In this document: positions 27,488 to 32,000 of the stretch, one piece after another
Position numbering within the stretch: the stretch's first letter is position 1
How the letters are laid out: each line of letters opens with the position of its first letter
Assembly (NCBI RefSeq): GCF_900199515.1
Contig: NZ_LT963433.1
Location: forward strand, 1 to 32,000
DNA from: Massilicoli timonensis
GTDB taxonomy: Bacteria > Bacillota_I > Bacilli_A > Erysipelotrichales > Erysipelotrichaceae
Direction: 5' to 3'
DNA length: 32,000 nt
The notes under the pieces: generated by a model
Told to the model about the DNA's origin: nothing
Database searches by the model: none
Seen by the model: the letters and a program-made list of their open reading frames with translations, nothing else
Translations under genes and position numbers: made by a program

Positions 27488-27676
27488 TCAGTTCATGAGT
27501 TCTACAAATTGTACTTCGATATTTTTATTTATCGCTTGCTTTAATACGCCTTCTTCTATGTTTTTCTTTTGGCTGGGATTATGGAATACGATGATTTGAT
27601 CATCATCTTTTAATAATTCTATTCCCACTAATCCGGCTTCATTTATGTTTTCATAATCAATTAAAAACCATATCAT
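27488..27676 (-). pseudogene. PIN/NYN-like domain N-terminal fragment, terminated at the IS terminus
   Basis: MIWFLIDYENINEAG...IIVFHN...VQFVELMN resembles the first strand-helix units of PIN-like/NYN domains (hhhIDxENh). The expected downstream acidic motifs are absent. The stop codon TGA (27488-27490) is the first three nt of the IS inverted repeat. GAGAGG RBS lies 10 nt after the upstream gene. Confidence 0.4.
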
Positions 27677-27686
27677 TTTATACCTC

Positions 27687-30308
27687 TCAAATCAAATACT
27701 CTTCTAATTTTTTTGCAATATGCAAAATCATTGGAAGAATTGTCTCTTTATTCTCATATTGAATGGAAATCTTTCTTAGATTATGAGTATCTAATACACA
27801 GTCTTTTTCTTTTTCTGAATATTGATTTGCTCTATGAATCGGATAAATTTCAATAATGTTTCGATGCAAAAAAGCATCATTGCTATTAAGCTTACTATTT
27901 TCTAATAAAAACGATTTATCATCTCCCGAAGGTTTTTCGGCTAATGAGTAAAAAACACTTTCAAACCTAAATGCACCATGTTCACTTTTGAATCGTTTTT
28001 TTTCTTTTTTATTTAGACTAAACATAGGAACATAATCAGGGACCTCATCATTTGTTCGAATACGGATAAGATTAATATTGTTATGATTTCTTAAGTTAAT
28101 TGTATAATTTAATTTTTCATTGATAATAAATTCTTTTTTTTCTTCAGTAGCTGTTTTGTTCATTTTTTCAATGTTTCTATTTGAAATACCATTTATAATT
28201 TTTCTAGTAGTACCATTAGCTTCAATGAAAACATGATACAAACATTTTGAATCCAAATTTTCAAACCAATTCATAATAAATTTATCATCAGGCTTTATTG
28301 TTAGATTTCTTTCTTCCTTTAGAAGTTGAACTAGTTTCAAAGGAAACTCATAATAAGGGCAGTTAAACATTTCTACTTTTTCTTCTTTTGTTGATTTATG
28401 AACTAAGATAATCTGCGTTTCAACATAGATTTCTTTTTTTTGAAGATCGCATGAAAGAATAATTGGAAAAGGCAGGGTGTTGATTCCTTTTAATAATTTT
28501 TTATAATTAATTACATGAATACCCACTAATAACGGCAATGGTTTATATTTAGATATTTTAGGTTTTATTGGATTTAAAAATCCTAATTGACGATAAGCAT
28601 CTAAAATAGCTCCTTTTACAGCAAAATTACATCTTTCTCCCTTCTTTTTCTCCACTGCATCATATGATTCTTTAGTGATAAATTGAGTAAGCCTTCCTGT
28701 CAATGCAAAGCCTGTCCTTAATGCATTCTTCGGATCTAACTTTGTAGCAGTGATATTGTTCTCTTCATCTTTATAGAAGTCTTGATTATGAATAATTATA
28801 ATAGACATGGTAACATTTTTAGAAATGGAAATTTGCTCTTGTATTTCATTCACCCTTCTACTATAACCTTCCAAATTGTCATTTTTTTTAGGATTTCTGC
28901 ATTCCAATGCATCTCCTAAATTATTTAAACTATGAGATTGAATTAAAACATCACTATATTTGAAATGATTTTTTAATATATTTACTATTTCCTCATTTAA
29001 TATTTCTAAACCAGAAGAATACCATACTTCAAATGATAGATTGCGATCATTCTGTATAGCTTTTATATTACTTATGAATTCTTCTCTAATCATTTCTTCA
29101 TCTGAAATATCAAAATTACCATCAAAATACAAATTGCAATAGGTAGAATTATTATCTACCTTATCTGCCTGTAATTTTTCTTTCTTTGTTGAATATAAGC
29201 TTAATTTCTCTTTTATGTCTTCGAATAGTTGTAAACGATCATTATGGGTGATTCCAGCGTCCATATTATGCATTTTGGAAGTTCCATCATTCATGCCGTA
29301 TTCAAACGGTACATAAGCGTCATAACCTTCTACACCTCTCATAAATTTTTGGGGATCTGTAATGATGTTTTCAAAATTGTGATCCTTGTGTAATTCCCCA
29401 TATATAATTTTATAGCGATTTTTATCTGCATAAAGCCAGTCTACGCATCTTTTTGAAGACTGATATTTTACTCTCAATGGTAGAAGTTTATTACCAATAG
29501 TACGCAAATAGACACTTTTTTTATCAGGAATATACGGGGTATTTTTACTTTTGTTTTCGGTAATCCATCTTCGAGAGGATAAATTTATGTTTAAAAATAG
29601 TTCATTGGAAGGCGGTATTGTTTGAACGCTAAAATTAGCAACAAATGAGAAGGGCTTTATTTCTATACCATTTTCAGTATGTATACATGGATCAGTTACG
29701 ATTTCGTTTTTACCGGAGTACAACCATTGTAATTTTTCGTTATTAACAATTACCTCTGTATTACGCAATTGATTGACTGCTAATAATGGTAATAAGGAAT
29801 ATGCGTCATTATCACAAACTTTTTCCTCATCAAAAAGGATAACTGTTTCTTTATAAGAACAGTTTTCAAAATCTTTTTGATTAATTTCATCTATGATTTT
29901 TTGAGCATATTTTTTGACATTGTCAGAGTTATTCCTTTTTTGTTCAAGTTCTGTCTCTTCAATATAAAATGCAGAAATCCATTCTTTTATAATTTTACAA
30001 ACGAGATTTATAGCAATTTCTTGAGTTGAAACAATCCAACGAGAATCATCTACTCCCCATCTAACAGGCTTCATATTTACTACTCCGGGAAAATATGAAA
30101 TAAATAAATTCTTTAAAGAATTTAGAGGCAAATTGTGAAATTCTTTTATAAATCTTCCAGAAAATCCATTTCCATTTTTAGACAATTCTTCAAGATGGAT
30201 CAATTTTTCTTTTATAGAACTTGGCAGCTTTAAATAATAAACTTCAGCTTGAATTTTTTTATCTAATTTTATTACAAGCGGAATAATGTAATTCTTTTGT
30301 GTTTGCAT
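27687..30308 (-). CDS. MID/PIWI-like protein, candidate pPIWI-RE family (prokaryotic Argonaute relative)
   Basis: 873 aa with an ordered motif series resembling the Argonaute MID-PIWI region. DPKNALRTGFALTGRLTQFI (28677-28736) compares with K...GxxTQcv. NFAVKGAILDAYRQLGFLN (28572-28628) compares with NxxxKiNxKlGGxN. LLVGIHVINY (28503-28532) compares with hhGxDVxH. HVFIEANG compares with hhxRDG. The C-terminal ILPMILHIAKKLEEYLI compares with vPxPxyYAhxLa. Also IRIRTNDEVP. The gene follows directly and is coupled to a DinG-like helicase gene, as in pPIWI-RE islands. This was not verified by any search. Confidence 0.5.
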   Translation of the reverse strand: MQTQKNYIIPLVIKLDKKIQAEVYYLKLPSSIKEKLIHLEELSKNGNGFSGRFIKEFHNLPLNSLKNLFISYFPGVVNMKPVRWGVDDSRWIVSTQEIAINLVCKIIKEWISAFYIEETELEQKRNNSDNVKKYAQKIIDEINQKDFENCSYKETVILFDEEKVCDNDAYSLLPLLAVNQLRNTEVIVNNEKLQWLYSGKNEIVTDPCIHTENGIEIKPFSFVANFSVQTIPPSNELFLNINLSSRRWITENKSKNTPYIPDKKSVYLRTIGNKLLPLRVKYQSSKRCVDWLYADKNRYKIIYGELHKDHNFENIITDPQKFMRGVEGYDAYVPFEYGMNDGTSKMHNMDAGITHNDRLQLFEDIKEKLSLYSTKKEKLQADKVDNNSTYCNLYFDGNFDISDEEMIREEFISNIKAIQNDRNLSFEVWYSSGLEILNEEIVNILKNHFKYSDVLIQSHSLNNLGDALECRNPKKNDNLEGYSRRVNEIQEQISISKNVTMSIIIIHNQDFYKDEENNITATKLDPKNALRTGFALTGRLTQFITKESYDAVEKKKGERCNFAVKGAILDAYRQLGFLNPIKPKISKYKPLPLLVGIHVINYKKLLKGINTLPFPIILSCDLQKKEIYVETQIILVHKSTKEEKVEMFNCPYYEFPLKLVQLLKEERNLTIKPDDKFIMNWFENLDSKCLYHVFIEANGTTRKIINGISNRNIEKMNKTATEEKKEFIINEKLNYTINLRNHNNINLIRIRTNDEVPDYVPMFSLNKKEKKRFKSEHGAFRFESVFYSLAEKPSGDDKSFLLENSKLNSNDAFLHRNIIEIYPIHRANQYSEKEKDCVLDTHNLRKISIQYENKETILPMILHIAKKLEEYLI

Positions 30309-32000
30309 TTATTTTTCTCCTTTCTTCAGAGCTTCGTAAAATGGCTCATATAATGTTCTAGCAACAATTCCATTTTTATCATCATCCATTATTTCTTCCA
30401 GATATTTTTCCAGTTCTTTCAAAGTGTCAAAACTATTTGGATCAGGAGCATTAAATGCTCCATCTACAAAATATATTTTAGGATACTTATTTTTCAGTGT
30501 AGCTCCAATCCTACACAAGCGACCGAATATCTGTTGGATTGTAACAAATAAACTTGCAACAATATCTTTTTTATCCTCATCTAGTAATGTTGAAAGACTA
30601 TAGGAAGGATAGTTTAATAATGAATATTTTCCATAAGCTTCTTTTCTCATATCTTCAATGATATTTATTAAATTTTCATATCCTTTGGAAGAAAACTTAT
30701 TCATAATATATCCATTGACTCTTTGCACATGAATTTGAAAATCACTTGGATCATTTAACGGACGGACAAGAAAGAATACAGTATCAAATGTTGCATTTCC
30801 TAGGGGATCAACAATATTAAAGCCTCTTTCAATTACACAGGCAGGGGCGACTAAAATACCTTCTTTAAAAGAAGTGATGTCTCTTCTTTGAATTACTGCT
30901 TGTGCTTCATCTTCTATTTCTGCACTATCCGGATTTAAGCGATAAACATGACAATTTGGCTGCTCATTTTTTAAAATTTTAGATATTTCTTCTTGTGCTA
31001 TTTTGCATTGCTCGTAACTATTAACAATAACAAGAATATTCTCCTCATTTCTTACACATTTTATGAATGTATTTGATTTTTCTTTAATTAGTTTTTTTAA
31101 ATTATCCTCTTTTTTCTTATCATCAAAGATTCCTGAAACTCTTGTTTCGCTCCTTAAATTGATAATTTCAGAGTTTGCGATAAAATCGCGTTTTATTTGC
31201 TCTGCTTCAATAATGTAATCAACAGTATCGCTCACATGAAATTTATTAGATCCGGGGATAAACCCGGTTCCTGACAGCAATAGAACATTGGCACCTAAAG
31301 AAGAACCATCATCATCTAAAACCAAATAAGGCATTTTCATAGCAAGTGCGCGTCCAAAAGCAAATTGTTTTTTAATATATAAGTCATCGTCTCTTTTATA
31401 CTCAATAGATAATGTATTTCCTATTGGCGAACTAGGCAAAATCTTTTGTTGTTGTACAAAGGAACGATTTAATATTTCTCGTAAATCCATTGGAAGATCA
31501 TTTATTTCTCCAACAGAAATTGAAATAGTATGATACACTTGTTCAAAAGCGATTACCTTTAATAAGAAAAGTAATCTTTTTCTCATTTCATTACTAAAAT
31601 CTTCAATTTCTGTTTTAATCTCATTTTCTATTTGTTCTCGCGAGAGTTTTTCCGTTTTATTTGTTGTAAAACTATTTTCAACAATCGCATCCACTAAATT
31701 TTTCTCAATATCGGAGAACTTAACATCTGAATTTTCTACTGTCTTCAATAATTGATATAAACTTGTATTACGATCTGCAAATTTGAAGAAAGAAGATAAT
31801 GAATCCCAAAATATATCTGATAAAGTGTTTTTATCTTTTTTTCTTTCTTCTCGTTTTAGCTTTTGTAATAAACTAAATCCGGAAAAACTTTTTATTGTAG
31901 AGTCTGACCAACCGGTTAGATTTTCGTTTAAATCTGTACCAATTGAAACCATTAAAATTTGAAATCTGTAGAGATTCCAATATAATTCTTTTTGATTATT
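30309..32000 (-). CDS. DinG/XPD-like SF2 helicase, C-terminal part (5' end outside the window)
   Basis: The reading frame stays open upstream of the listed ATG at 31952 through to position 32000. Visible motifs are VLLLSGTG (III-like, 31263-31274), ILVIVNSYEQ (IV-like), GILVAPACVIERGFNIV (V), FDTVFFLVRPLNDPSD (compare DinG hhIxkLPFxxPxDP) and QQIFGRLCR (VI, 30510-30536). Walker A and DEAH must lie beyond the window. The stop TAA abuts the ATG of the next gene. Confidence 0.65.
   Translation of the reverse strand, partial: NNQKELYWNLYRFQILMVSIGTDLNENLTGWSDSTIKSFSGFSLLQKLKREERKKDKNTLSDIFWDSLSSFFKFADRNTSLYQLLKTVENSDVKFSDIEKNLVDAIVENSFTTNKTEKLSREQIENEIKTEIEDFSNEMRKRLLFLLKVIAFEQVYHTISISVGEINDLPMDLREILNRSFVQQQKILPSSPIGNTLSIEYKRDDDLYIKKQFAFGRALAMKMPYLVLDDDGSSLGANVLLLSGTGFIPGSNKFHVSDTVDYIIEAEQIKRDFIANSEIINLRSETRVSGIFDDKKKEDNLKKLIKEKSNTFIKCVRNEENILVIVNSYEQCKIAQEEISKILKNEQPNCHVYRLNPDSAEIEDEAQAVIQRRDITSFKEGILVAPACVIERGFNIVDPLGNATFDTVFFLVRPLNDPSDFQIHVQRVNGYIMNKFSSKGYENLINIIEDMRKEAYGKYSLLNYPSYSLSTLLDEDKKDIVASLFVTIQQIFGRLCRIGATLKNKYPKIYFVDGAFNAPDPNSFDTLKELEKYLEEIMDDDKNGIVARTLYEPFYEALKKGEK

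Larger units (their letters stand above)
25696..27490 (+). mobile_element. IS3-family insertion sequence (about 1.8 kb), apparently intact
   Basis: orfA and orfB are in 0/-1 frames with an A7G slippery site. Both termini begin TGATCC. The imperfect inverted repeats share GACACACAAA(A)TAAA (25712-25725 and the complement of 27456-27470). The right end has the IS3-like spacing TGATCC-N14-GGACAC; the left-end spacer is 5 nt shorter. Exact ends are uncertain by a few nt. Confidence 0.8.

Noticed and set aside
25697-27489. GATC present just inside both IS ends (25697-25700 and 27486-27489) considered as a 4-bp target-site duplication
   Set aside because: Both copies are part of the TGATCC terminal inverted-repeat sequence rather than flanking DNA. 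Removing the IS plus one copy leaves the two flanking ORFs out of frame with each other.
1-32000. Search for CRISPR arrays, tRNA or rRNA genes and integrase genes
   Set aside because: I saw no array of 25-40 bp repeats with spacers; the only phased repeats are the 10-bp mraZ operator boxes. No cloverleaf-like or rRNA-like segment and no tyrosine or serine recombinase ORF was seen. Detection by eye is limited, so a tRNAscan, Infernal or CRISPR-finder run could still overturn this.

Overview
The window comes from a moderate-GC Bacillota (Firmicutes-type) chromosome. All calls rest on reading the sequence and the ORF track; no searches were run.

Positions 1-21,130 are ordinary core genome. From left to right they contain:
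- a leftward sigma-A promoter with an rrn-like leader at the left edge
- a PPP-type metallophosphoesterase
- an Spx-family regulator
- a Trp T-box leader followed by trpS
- uppP
- a complete minus-strand dcw cluster: mraZ-rsmH-ftsL-pbp2B-pbp(SpoVD/FtsI-like)-murE-mraY-murD
- polC
- a nucleoid-associated protein
- a DUF378 membrane protein
- an M15-like peptidase

Near 21,130 the composition switches abruptly to a visibly AT-rich accessory island that runs to the window end. Apart from the IS transposase genes (+ strand), every island gene is on the minus strand. The island contains:
1. A HipA-like kinase, a calcineurin-type metallophosphoesterase and a small frameshifted gene, forming one operon with its own promoter and terminator.
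2. A decayed HKD-nuclease/DEAD-DEAH helicase fusion gene. It is truncated at its 5' end by an apparently intact IS3-family element and carries four further lesions.
3. A translationally coupled locus made of three parts. The first is a DinG-like helicase whose reading frame is still open at the window edge. The second is an 873-aa protein with a MID/PIWI-like motif series, which I read as a pPIWI-RE-type prokaryotic Argonaute relative. The third is a 62-aa PIN/NYN-like fragment that ends in the stop codon supplied by the IS terminus.

The pPIWI-RE-like locus and the antitoxin-less kinase/phosphatase pair are the best candidates for poorly characterised conflict systems. No CRISPR array, tRNA gene or rRNA gene lies inside the window.
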